In this document: positions 38,101-45,928 of the stretch, piece after piece
Layout: each line of letters begins with the position of its first letter
Numbering within the stretch: the stretch's first letter is position 1
DNA from: a virus
Lineage: Duplodnaviria > Caudoviricetes
Reading direction: 5' to 3' (one strand)
IMG/VR virus record: IMGVR_UViG_3300027859_000017
Location: 1-59,045 of that record
Length of the DNA stretch: 59,045 nucleotides
Translations under genes and position numbers: made by a program
The notes under the pieces: generated by a model
The model's database searches: none
What the model was told of the DNA's origin: nothing
The model's input: only the letters and a program-made list of their open reading frames with translations

Positions 38101-41100
38101 TTCCTGTTGGAGAAACTGAATTTAGTGATAGAGAACAAGAGCTTAGAGAACAACTCATAGAAGATGGACTTATTGATGAAGATGTAGATGTAGACTTAGA
38201 TATACAAGAAGCTCGAATAATTCCCGAAACGACAAAAGCTGCTGGTTCTGGAACAATTTCTTTTAAGGTTAGGGTAAGACCAAAAGGCAAATCTGGTTTT
38301 GGAGCTCCAACATTTGTACTACAACTACCTATAAAATCTGGAGGTGTAGAGCCAGAAGTTCAACAACCTAAAGTAGTTAATGAAAGTAATGTGGTTATGC
38401 AGGCTTTAAATGAAGCTGAAAATAAAATAACTAAAAGAGCACAAGGAAGAAAAGCTTTACAAGATGCAAAAAAAGCTGTTATAAAATTCTTAAAAGAATC
38501 TTTACCAGCAGATGTATACAGCAAGCCAGAGGTTTTAAAGATAACCAGAAAAGTACAAAGAGCTACTGAAAATAATATTGATAAAATATTTAAAGAAATA
38601 CAACAAGTAGTAAACCAAAAGGTAAATGTAAAATTAGAAAAACAAATCAATAATATTCTTACAGACAAGTATCAAAAAACAGAGGCTGGTAGAGTCAAAG
38701 CTAAAGGTGTTGACAATGAAATGAGAAAAAGAATTGCAAGCATAAATTCTAACCGTTTGAAAGCAGGGGCTACTGCTCAAGATATTGAATCTACTAATGC
38801 TGAATTATTAAATAGATTTAATGAGCTAGATAAAATTACTGCAAAAACAGATTCTCAGTTTAATGAAATGGTTGATTTACAAATATTAATTAACCTTAAT
38901 AATTCTTTATTGATGAACAACAACGACATCAATAAAACAAAAGCATTGTCAAATGCAGCAACACCTCTTGAGCAAATGATAGAAGAAGGAAGGTCTGAAT
39001 TAAAAGAAGAGCTTATTCAGTCTTCAAAAAAATATGCTAGAAATGATGGTATTGCTTATAGAGAAATAACAGGGTTGCAAAAAGATTTTTCTGACCCAGA
39101 AACAAAAAAAGAATTAGAGCTTCAAGATGTAAAAGATTTAAATGCAAAAAGAAATCAAACACAAAATGTTATTAAAAAATTCTTTACTACAATTAATACT
39201 AAAATCAAAGCTTTTTTTAATCAAGCAGAAGCGTTAGATGGATTGATGGATTTGATTTCAAAAACTCCTGGTGATATGTTTGGAGGTATACTACAAGAAA
39301 TGGTTACAGGCAGAGTAGATGAATCTACTATTATATACAAAGAAAGAACTATTCAGAATGAGTTAACTCTTGCTAAATTTTTTGAAAAATTGTATGGTAA
39401 AAAATGGAGAAACGAAGTTAGAAAAAACAATAATTTACCTAAAGATGCCACATATATTATAGATGAAAAAGCTTACAACCAAGCATATAAAGATTACGAA
39501 TCTAACCCAACAAAGGAAAACAAAGCAAAGCTAGATAAAGCAAAGCAAGAAAATTTAGTTTACCTTTCTCAAAACCAAATGATTTATTTATATAATCTTG
39601 CTAAGGACCCAGCAAATAACGCATCGTTTGAGAACACCTTTGGTCCAGATTATAAAAATTTATTAAACGACATAGAAAGTAAATTAGACCCCAAAGCAAA
39701 ACAATTTGCTGATTGGTTAGTTAATGATTTTTATCCGTCATTGTACAATCACTATAACAAAACATACAAGGCTTTGTATAGAACGGATATGCCGTACAAT
39801 GAATTTTATTCTGGTATGATATATAGGGAGGACATAAAGCGTGAGCCAATAGATATGTTAGGAAGTCCTTTTTCAATAAATAACTCTGTAGGAGCAAGCT
39901 CTACAAAAGCTAGAACAGATACTAATGCTAAGATTAAAGTTATGAATGCTGTAGATGTTATGGCTACTTATTTGAGAGACATGGAATACTTTGCTGCGTA
40001 TGGAGAAACAATTAGAGATATTAATAAAATGTTTTCTAATCCAGCAATTAAAAACGCAATAACTAAAATCCACGGTGATTATGTTAATAAGCTTATTGAT
40101 AACATGATTACAAAAATTGCAAACAAAGGTGTAAGAGGAGATACAGAAAGTGAAATTATAAATACTTTCAATAACTTTTTCTTAGTGTCAAGAATTGGTT
40201 TGAACCCAACCATTACTTTAAAACAGCTTACCTCTATGATAGTTTATGCGAATGATATAGGTATAGCAAATTGGTTGAAGCATGGTTTAACAAACATTCC
40301 TAAGATAAGAAAAACCATGAAAGAAATTAGTGACAACTCTACTTATATGGGAGATAGAAACAGAATATCTATAAATAGAATTATTGAGGCTTATTCTGAT
40401 AAAGAAATGGTCAAGTTTGTAGGCGGTAGGCACTATGATAATTTTGTAAACTTTGTGATGTACCCTACTAAATTTGGTGATAGAGCGGCAATTTTCTTAG
40501 GAGGAATGCCTAACTATATATATTACAAAAAGCAAGCGTTAAAAGAAGGAAAAACAGAAAAAGAAGCTATTAAGATTGCAATTAAGAAATTTGAAAGAGA
40601 CACTAAAAGAACTCAGCAATCTCAAGACTTGCAAGACAAAGACTATTACCAAACAGGTTCTGCGTGGATGAGAGCTGTTAACATGTTCTTAACTACGCCA
40701 AAACAATATTTAAGAAAAGAAATTCAAGGAACCAGAAACTTATACAGAAAAGCAAAAGCTTGGGATAAGAAAGCGGGTAAAGGTAGTTTGTTTGAAAACC
40801 TAAGAACTTTAGCAACCTATCATGTATTTGCTCCTGTTTTATTTCAATATGTAGCACTAGGTCTTCCAGGAATACTCAGAGGGTTTAGAGATGATGATGA
40901 TGAAGATTTATTAAGAGCAGCTATACTTGGAAATATTAATGCGTTATTTATTGTAGGAGACCTTATAAATGCTACTGCTGATTTAGTTCAAGACAAACCA
41001 TATGCAGGAAAATCTTTTAGAAACATTGCTCCTTTAATGACAGCAGAAAGAGTCTTTGACCTAGCAACAAGATGGGAAAAAACAACAGACCCAATTAAAA

Positions 41101-41366
41101 AACAAGAAGCGTTAGAAAGATTAATCGCTGAAATAATATCTATTCCTGGTATCCCCGCTATACAATTACAAAAGTTTGTTAAGAATATAGAAAACTTAGG
41201 TAAAGACGGAGATGTTGGTAAAGATATTTTAAGATTATTAAACTACTCTGAATATCAGATTGAAGGACCAGACCAAGATGCTCCTAAGAAAAGAAAACCT
41301 ATGACTAAAAAAGAATTAAAACAGTATGCACCTGGAGTGTATGAAAGAATTTACGGAAAAAAATAG
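35103..41366 (+). CDS. Large probable internal virion (ejection) protein
   Basis: 2087 aa, helical, last large late gene; no RNA polymerase catalytic motif seen. Confidence 0.6.
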   Translation: MNEEILKNIWNQLTADGLTTSDFETWKNNFAGSEEIQQNVHTYLFKNGMTKNDLETWSSNVGLKKKDNTQQQPKKELIPQEDSPKPFVMPEVFGEPMPQDYFIYGEKTPRQEIDNFIETREPTEQQEAYEFQQNVGAGTGLGINVMQQPKVFSKPEFKVNEDVLSKITLDPNIQKALEKNLITEEDIKKAFVDGDEVMLKKIQSVTRRTPKEIRDSYTNKRLNEVYTYEKSSGLDDNLNQVKMNLDEISIDEMYGIEKLKKIDGPKGKINIKDFDGYLSEQGYKKQFKKYLEDETISLDGREYDISGNFNPSLAAERLLFTYLNNYLNNQVERNVDFQKLQYQKENDGSMPSLDGVELSYSSGVDTEKVKEFIQENFPRYVQKLKAQDAKNQELWQQRKKDTIWNWDVAGNIFVDAATQGARAFNDRIDTLSEGFYNFIGMDGAADEIRMNSAETKLNRPDLMRYVLANGKEVEVDGVKYLVDDTGQVYSTAHKLRVTHVLSPGEYKAITQAAKREGKDTYSFSGIGLTVETVGVISDMLLQLAVQRNASTLLKGSALMASNIGGGVKKTGDLLARIPIKRDMSGIIIGQGTLFSTNLYAETKTRALEQGLSVEKADEISAMAAKQGFTLGALTAPLSPQMYAMNKIFGKEATKKISKEMLDAYVSKGPQGFQEVAKKYLGKVLFYNKQGLAEMFQENVQQGGEAFVVAPNINEVAGKEIIRDTISLQEFLNTSILSYAAGFIMPFGGDVFSKATGRGGGVDGTDKLQLLSILAEDVDKTTELLNSQVAKGLYTEQQVNKILSDIEVYRNSINSIPTNLSSQTGLEVMQDLNEINRLEQKKKKLDKAFHAEIDNEIEGIRENIRKKVDADKQVDSEVEPEVEQTPQAITDEQVIKRITTEKDSDVYTQEEFDNMKKKMEQEQAESDVDTEVTEEAETKIFEEGETDIEFTRTSQQGDIFTYQQVVTDETVEGDEQTTGVKKVEYVGEKNNSGRKIKKATVPVGETEFSDREQELREQLIEDGLIDEDVDVDLDIQEARIIPETTKAAGSGTISFKVRVRPKGKSGFGAPTFVLQLPIKSGGVEPEVQQPKVVNESNVVMQALNEAENKITKRAQGRKALQDAKKAVIKFLKESLPADVYSKPEVLKITRKVQRATENNIDKIFKEIQQVVNQKVNVKLEKQINNILTDKYQKTEAGRVKAKGVDNEMRKRIASINSNRLKAGATAQDIESTNAELLNRFNELDKITAKTDSQFNEMVDLQILINLNNSLLMNNNDINKTKALSNAATPLEQMIEEGRSELKEELIQSSKKYARNDGIAYREITGLQKDFSDPETKKELELQDVKDLNAKRNQTQNVIKKFFTTINTKIKAFFNQAEALDGLMDLISKTPGDMFGGILQEMVTGRVDESTIIYKERTIQNELTLAKFFEKLYGKKWRNEVRKNNNLPKDATYIIDEKAYNQAYKDYESNPTKENKAKLDKAKQENLVYLSQNQMIYLYNLAKDPANNASFENTFGPDYKNLLNDIESKLDPKAKQFADWLVNDFYPSLYNHYNKTYKALYRTDMPYNEFYSGMIYREDIKREPIDMLGSPFSINNSVGASSTKARTDTNAKIKVMNAVDVMATYLRDMEYFAAYGETIRDINKMFSNPAIKNAITKIHGDYVNKLIDNMITKIANKGVRGDTESEIINTFNNFFLVSRIGLNPTITLKQLTSMIVYANDIGIANWLKHGLTNIPKIRKTMKEISDNSTYMGDRNRISINRIIEAYSDKEMVKFVGGRHYDNFVNFVMYPTKFGDRAAIFLGGMPNYIYYKKQALKEGKTEKEAIKIAIKKFERDTKRTQQSQDLQDKDYYQTGSAWMRAVNMFLTTPKQYLRKEIQGTRNLYRKAKAWDKKAGKGSLFENLRTLATYHVFAPVLFQYVALGLPGILRGFRDDDDEDLLRAAILGNINALFIVGDLINATADLVQDKPYAGKSFRNIAPLMTAERVFDLATRWEKTTDPIKKQEALERLIAEIISIPGIPAIQLQKFVKNIENLGKDGDVGKDILRLLNYSEYQIEGPDQDAPKKRKPMTKKELKQYAPGVYERIYGKK

Positions 41367-41368
41367 TT

Positions 41369-41533
41369 ATGCCTTTTAAAAAAATAGGAAAGAACCGAAA
41401 CCAAAGCCCAAGCGGTAGAATATTTACTGACGCACAAGTAAGGTTGTATTATGCAACTGATGGGTTTAAAAAGAAACGCAAAAAGCCAAGGAAACCTAAA
41501 GGATTGCGCCCTCGAAAAAGAAGGCTTGGTTAA
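41369..41533 (+). CDS. Small basic protein (54 aa)
   Basis: MPFKKIGKNRNQSPSGRIFTDAQVRLYYATDGFKKKRKKPRKPKGLRPRKRRLG; at the strand convergence point. Confidence 0.6.
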   Translation: MPFKKIGKNRNQSPSGRIFTDAQVRLYYATDGFKKKRKKPRKPKGLRPRKRRLG

Positions 41534-41898
41534 TAATACTTCAAATATTTTAATGTTTTTTGTTTTGGATAAGTCAATATAAGCTCATTGTCTTTCCAAG
41601 AAACTTGACCTATAATTTCATGGGGTTTACCATATATTAACCCATCAACACAGGCCCACAAAACCACTGGGTTTAATCTTTTGTTGCAGACTCTAACCAC
41701 GTTGTTGGCTTTTACTTTTAGTGGATATGCGGTATTGATTGTTTTGTTTATGACAACAACTTCAGCGTAAGATATAAGGTTTTTTGATGCATCAAAAACA
41801 CGGTAGTCTACATCATTAATGCCTATTTTTTTGTAAGAGCCCTTGAACCTATTTACAAATTTTTTTATGGCAAGTTCTTTAATTTTTTGATGTCCCAT
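41530..41898 (-). CDS. Hypothetical protein, possible PD-(D/E)XK fold
   Basis: VDY...YAEV pattern, weak. Confidence 0.5.
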   Translation of the reverse strand: MGHQKIKELAIKKFVNRFKGSYKKIGINDVDYRVFDASKNLISYAEVVVINKTINTAYPLKVKANNVVRVCNKRLNPVVLWACVDGLIYGKPHEIIGQVSWKDNELILTYPKQKTLKYLKYY

Positions 41899-42290
41899 TT
41901 ATCTGCTATATCTTTTAGTGTTTCTAGTAATGGTTTGGTTTTTTTTATCCATTTGTTTTTGTAATAAGCTTTTGTAACATAACACTCAGCCAACGGTATA
42001 TCCTTGTGGTCATTTTTAAAAGTATGCTCTACCAATAAGGATATTGATTTTCCCGTGTGCCACGAGTCGGTAAGCCTTTCTAGTAATAGTTTTTGGCCTA
42101 AAGGCAAATCATTTCCTTTGCGCTTAACCTCTATCAAAATTAATATTTTATTGTCAAATTCCAAAACCGCATCTATATCTGTAGGATGCACATTTCCTGA
42201 TTCTACACCTGCAAAATCTATAGATTGTTTTACTTGATTTGTGTTTCTAATTAGAGTCAAAGCTATGTATTTCGGCATGGCATCTTGCAC
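41865..42290 (-). CDS. PD-(D/E)XK nuclease-like protein
   Basis: PTDIDAVLEF...LIEVKR...GQ; start uncertain. Confidence 0.6.
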   Translation of the reverse strand: MQDAMPKYIALTLIRNTNQVKQSIDFAGVESGNVHPTDIDAVLEFDNKILILIEVKRKGNDLPLGQKLLLERLTDSWHTGKSISLLVEHTFKNDHKDIPLAECYVTKAYYKNKWIKKTKPLLETLKDIADKWDIKKLKNLP

Positions 42291-42648
42291 ATAACACCAC
42301 GCATTTTTCTATTTCTTTTAATATTGTTTTTTTTCCTAAGCCCTGGCTCAAAGCATCGCCTATAGTGAAAGACTTATCGTCATTTATGTGATGAAACTCT
42401 AAGGCGTTTGTCTTAAAATTTTCATGAGTTTCTTGAGAATAGCCACATATATTGCAATGCATTTCTTTTTTTATATCATATAGCCACGCTCTTATTTTTT
42501 TTAATCTTTTTATTTTTACTAAATTATAACAGACCTTACATTTCTGTCTAGGTATAACTGTGCCATCTTTTCTTCTTCCAGCTGAGAAAAAATCTTTTAC
42601 TGGTTTGGCTTTTTGGCATTGCCTACAGGTCTTCTTCAAAGGACTCAT
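42247..42648 (-). CDS. HNH endonuclease
   Basis: CxxC pairs, ALEFHH, LCARCHAEIH. Confidence 0.8.
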   Translation of the reverse strand: MSPLKKTCRQCQKAKPVKDFFSAGRRKDGTVIPRQKCKVCYNLVKIKRLKKIRAWLYDIKKEMHCNICGYSQETHENFKTNALEFHHINDDKSFTIGDALSQGLGKKTILKEIEKCVVLCARCHAEIHSFDSN

Positions 42649-42814
42649 TTACTGTTTTTAATTTGTCCATGATTTTTTTTATGGTTGTTTTGGTTTCAAC
42701 ATCTTCTCTGTCTATCAATGCTTCATACAAGTCCGAGTTCAGGGTGTAAAGTTCGTCCATCACAAAGTTGACGTGCTTTACCCTTTCATTATCAATAGCA
42801 GATATTCTAGCCAT
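42623..42814 (-). CDS. Hypothetical protein
   Basis: 63-aa ORF in - strand operon. Confidence 0.65.
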   Translation of the reverse strand: MARISAIDNERVKHVNFVMDELYTLNSDLYEALIDREDVETKTTIKKIMDKLKTVNESFEEDL

Positions 42815-42820
42815 TATTTA

Positions 42821-42967
42821 TTACACTGTTTTTTTCAGTTTTTGCTCTATCCTATATCTTTCAAATATCTCGTTAGAAATAGGCATTGTATCGTTTGTTG
42901 CTAATAGTTGTTTTTTTGTTCTTTCTTTTTTTCTATGCGCTTCAAATATTGAATTACTTATCGACAT
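42821..42967 (-). CDS. Small protein with internal duplication (48 aa)
   Basis: MSISNSIFEAHR...MPISNEIFERYR; own translation. Confidence 0.55.
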   Translation of the reverse strand: MSISNSIFEAHRKKERTKKQLLATNDTMPISNEIFERYRIEQKLKKTV

Positions 42968-43094
42968 GATTTTTAAATTTATTACGATGGCACCAATAAC
43001 TCTGCGCCTTCTGTTTTTATAAATTTAAACAAATTTTCGTAATTTTTATTACCATTTCTTGACAAAACCCTTACATTTCCTGCAAAAGTTGCGT

Positions 43095-43469
43095 TTATAC
43101 ATCAAAATTAGGTGCTATTTTTTGTGTTTTGGCTTCTTGTTTTGAGTTTTTTTTTGTTTTTAAAATTTTATTTTCAATGTAATAATCTAAATATTCATCG
43201 GAATCTATCTCTTCACAATCTAAAAACACAGGGGTTTCTTCTATTTGTTTTAAAAACTCAACAATAAAAAAATAAGGGCTGTCAAGCACGTTAGAAACCC
43301 CAGCTAATCTTTGAGACCACCCATTTGCTTCTGGCAACTCTTCAATTTCACGGTCAATTTGATGCGCTATATCTAGTCCTAGTTTTACTGGTAATTCTCT
43401 TATTTTTTCCACAAAGTAATCGTCCACTTCGTAGTCTTCATTTCTCTTTGTGTATTTCGACCTTTGCAT
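43095..43469 (-). CDS. Hypothetical protein
   Basis: 124-aa acidic ORF. Confidence 0.65.
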   Translation of the reverse strand: MQRSKYTKRNEDYEVDDYFVEKIRELPVKLGLDIAHQIDREIEELPEANGWSQRLAGVSNVLDSPYFFIVEFLKQIEETPVFLDCEEIDSDEYLDYYIENKILKTKKNSKQEAKTQKIAPNFDV

Positions 43470-43677
43470 ATTTTTTTAATTCTTCTAATCTGTATTCTTG
43501 TAGTTTTGAAACCGTGCCTTTTTTTGTTTTTATTTCACTAAACAAAACATCGGAACCAGGAGGTATAGCAATTAAATCTGGTATCCCGTTTTTATTTGTT
43601 TTTATAAGTTTTATAACATAGTAACCTTTTTCCTCAAGCTCCTTAATTCTTTTCTTCTGTATTTGTTGTTCTGTCAA
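43438..43677 (-). CDS. VRR-NUC domain nuclease
   Basis: EQQIQ...GIPDL...FSEIKT..G.VSKLQ. Confidence 0.85.
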   Translation of the reverse strand: MTEQQIQKKRIKELEEKGYYVIKLIKTNKNGIPDLIAIPPGSDVLFSEIKTKKGTVSKLQEYRLEELKKYAKVEIHKEK

Positions 43678-43686
43678 AACCTCTTT

Positions 43687-44919
43687 TTACAAAGATAGCA
43701 AATCCCTTTTGAAGTGTTTTAATGTATAATCTTTCTTCTTTACCACTGCTTTATAAATTTTTTTTTCTATACCCTTGTTTGAAAATACCCAATAAATTTT
43801 ATTATACATTCTGTTTTTGGTTGTCATTCTATCCCTGCTTTGCCAATAACTTGTTGCCGAAAAATCAATATTAAAATACACCAGAGCTTCTGCATGGCGC
43901 AAACTTATTCCTTCTCTTCCTGAAACAATTTGTAAGGCTATATTTTTATTAGTGTCTTTAAAGACACCAATGTCTGTAGTTATTGATTCTAAAAAAGTTT
44001 CTTTTAAGACATCTAGTTCTTTTTTAAACTTATAAAATATAGCAATCTTTTTATTTTTAAACTTTCTTTTTATAAACTCTGCCTTGCTATTGTCTACAAT
44101 CATAGAGTTTCCGCTTTCAAATATTATAGTTCCACTATATATCTGGTGAAGCTTCTGCATAAGCTTGACAGGTGTATCGGCTAATATAACTTCTTCTTTT
44201 CCCTGTACGACTAAATCTTTTTTTAATCTTGTGGCAAGATTATAGGTTTCAGGTTTCATTTGTACCTCTAATATTTTTTCTTGAGTTTGAACCACAAACC
44301 CCGCTTGTTTTTGAGAGTAGCTTATTGTGTAGGGTTTCATTTCGTCAAGTATTGTAAGTAGCCCATCGCTGTAGTCCCTAATTCTAAGTGAGTTTATAAT
44401 TCTTTCTTTTACATTTACATAATCATCGCAAAACCTATAAAAGTTTTTGTATTTTTTATAAGGGTTGTTGGGTATTGCATAAACTTGATGATACATTTGA
44501 CTGTAAGATTCGGGGGTAGGTGTACCCGAAAGTAAGATTACATAAGGTTTATTTTTTTCAATTAACTTTTTTACTTGTAAAGCTCGTTTACTGGGCTTTG
44601 GAAATGCTCCCATTCCGTGAGCTTCATCACAAATAATCATATCAATATTAACTAAGTCTATCTTGTGAAGCGACTCGTAATTAATTACTGTTAACTTAAA
44701 CGGTTCCCCGAGCTTTTGCATGTCCGATTCTATACTTGACATGGCTTTCTTTTTGGTAATAAATAAAGCGTTAACCACATTCAAAGAATGGCAGATGCTA
44801 AGACTGGTAAGAGTTTTACCAGTCCTAACTTCCATTGCCAAATAACAAAAACCGTAGCGTGTTACAAGTTCGGCACCCTGTGTTACAATTTGTTTTTGAT
44901 ATGGTCTAAGTTTTATCAT
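43687..44919 (-). CDS. SNF2-like/SF2 helicase
   Basis: LRPYQ, MEVRTGKT, ICDEAH, LSGTP, GREGISL, QSRDR. Confidence 0.9.
   Translation of the reverse strand: MIKLRPYQKQIVTQGAELVTRYGFCYLAMEVRTGKTLTSLSICHSLNVVNALFITKKKAMSSIESDMQKLGEPFKLTVINYESLHKIDLVNIDMIICDEAHGMGAFPKPSKRALQVKKLIEKNKPYVILLSGTPTPESYSQMYHQVYAIPNNPYKKYKNFYRFCDDYVNVKERIINSLRIRDYSDGLLTILDEMKPYTISYSQKQAGFVVQTQEKILEVQMKPETYNLATRLKKDLVVQGKEEVILADTPVKLMQKLHQIYSGTIIFESGNSMIVDNSKAEFIKRKFKNKKIAIFYKFKKELDVLKETFLESITTDIGVFKDTNKNIALQIVSGREGISLRHAEALVYFNIDFSATSYWQSRDRMTTKNRMYNKIYWVFSNKGIEKKIYKAVVKKKDYTLKHFKRDLLSL
43952..43967. repeat. 16-bp palindrome GTGTCTTTAAAGACAC inside helicase CDS
   Basis: Exact copy; reads VFKDT in the protein. Confidence 0.9.
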
Positions 44920-45188
44920 TTTACTTTTACTATTGGGTCGTAATAAAACTCTCTTAACAAATCTTTAAGTGTTGCTTCGTGTCTTATTGACCCGTTTTCA
45001 GGATAATCAAAAAAATAACCTGGTTTAAGATATAACCAGTAGGTTTTGTGATATTCTTTACCATTATTACCAATCCATCCTGTTGTTTCAAAACCTGAAG
45101 TATCCTCTATTATAACCTCATCAACGGCAGGATGATTTCTTAATTCTTTTAATGTTCTAACTTTTTTGTGTTTTATTATGTTTTTCAT
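44916..45188 (-). CDS. Hypothetical protein
   Basis: 90-aa ORF coupled to helicase start. Confidence 0.65.
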   Translation of the reverse strand: MKNIIKHKKVRTLKELRNHPAVDEVIIEDTSGFETTGWIGNNGKEYHKTYWLYLKPGYFFDYPENGSIRHEATLKDLLREFYYDPIVKVK

Positions 45189-45198
45189 TATGTTAGGT

Positions 45199-45456
45199 TT
45201 AGATTTTAAATTTTATTCTTTCTTTAAATTGAAACAGGTTTACTGCTGTGGAAAAATCTGCTCCACTTAAAAATATTAAACCTTTGTTTATGTCATAAAT
45301 TGTTACTACTTCCTCAAATTTTTGACCATAATGATTTGTATATTTATAGGCAAATTTATCTCCTGGTTTAATGTCCCAGTCTGATTTAATTTTGTAGTTA
45401 AATTCTTGACCAACTTTTATGTTTGTATTCGTGTTGTTTTGTTCTGTTATATTCAT
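45199..45456 (-). CDS. Hypothetical protein (85 aa)
   Basis: Start reassigned to ATG 45456 (MNITEQ...) downstream of promoter. Confidence 0.65.
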   Translation of the reverse strand: MNITEQNNTNTNIKVGQEFNYKIKSDWDIKPGDKFAYKYTNHYGQKFEEVVTIYDINKGLIFLSGADFSTAVNLFQFKERIKFKI

Positions 45457-45479
45457 AATATTAAATTTAAAATTAGATA

Positions 45480-45511
45480 CGAATATACGAAAATTAAACG
45501 AGAATTGCAAA
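45480..45511 (-). promoter_or_regulatory. Bacteroidota sigma promoter
   Basis: TTTG-N20-TATATTCG on - strand. Confidence 0.65.
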
Positions 45512-45534
45512 TTCCCTCGACAAGTCAAAAATTA

Positions 45535-45765
45535 TTATAACCATTTTTTATATAAATTTGATGTTAGTTTTTGCCATTTTGTTTTATGGTTAAATGTGTC
45601 TTTTACTTTTACTTTATCTAATCTACTTTTTATTTTAACAAACCCTTTTTCTTTAAAATAATTTTCATTTAGATATTCTAAGTAATTCTTTTTTTTATTG
45701 TTTGAATTTATCATCAATGTGTTTTTTAATTTTTTTACATTTTTCATATTCCTCCATGTTTTCAA
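45535..45765 (-). CDS. Basic hypothetical protein (start uncertain)
   Basis: ORF in - strand operon; probable later start MINSN. Confidence 0.45.
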   Translation of the reverse strand: MKTWRNMKNVKKLKNTLMINSNNKKKNYLEYLNENYFKEKGFVKIKSRLDKVKVKDTFNHKTKWQKLTSNLYKKWL

Positions 45766-45928
45766 AATAATTTAAAAGATTGACTACGGTTTTTTTTTTG
45801 ATTTTATCACCTGGATTATGCATTACATATGGATAGATAGACATAATTATATCTTCAACTGGGACTTTATTTATAATTATATAGTAAGAGTTCCTGTGAG
45901 CTAAATCTATTTGTTCTTCCGTTGTCAT
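45695..45928 (-). CDS. Hypothetical protein
   Basis: Ends YFENMEEYEKCKKI (UVR-like helix); coupled to primase stop. Confidence 0.65.
   Translation of the reverse strand: MTTEEQIDLAHRNSYYIIINKVPVEDIIMSIYPYVMHNPGDKIKKKTVVNLLNYFENMEEYEKCKKIKKHIDDKFKQ

Noticed and set aside
35103-41366. crAss-type virion RNA polymerase
   Set aside because: No convincing catalytic DFDxD motif; DEDVDVDLD lies in an acidic low-complexity linker
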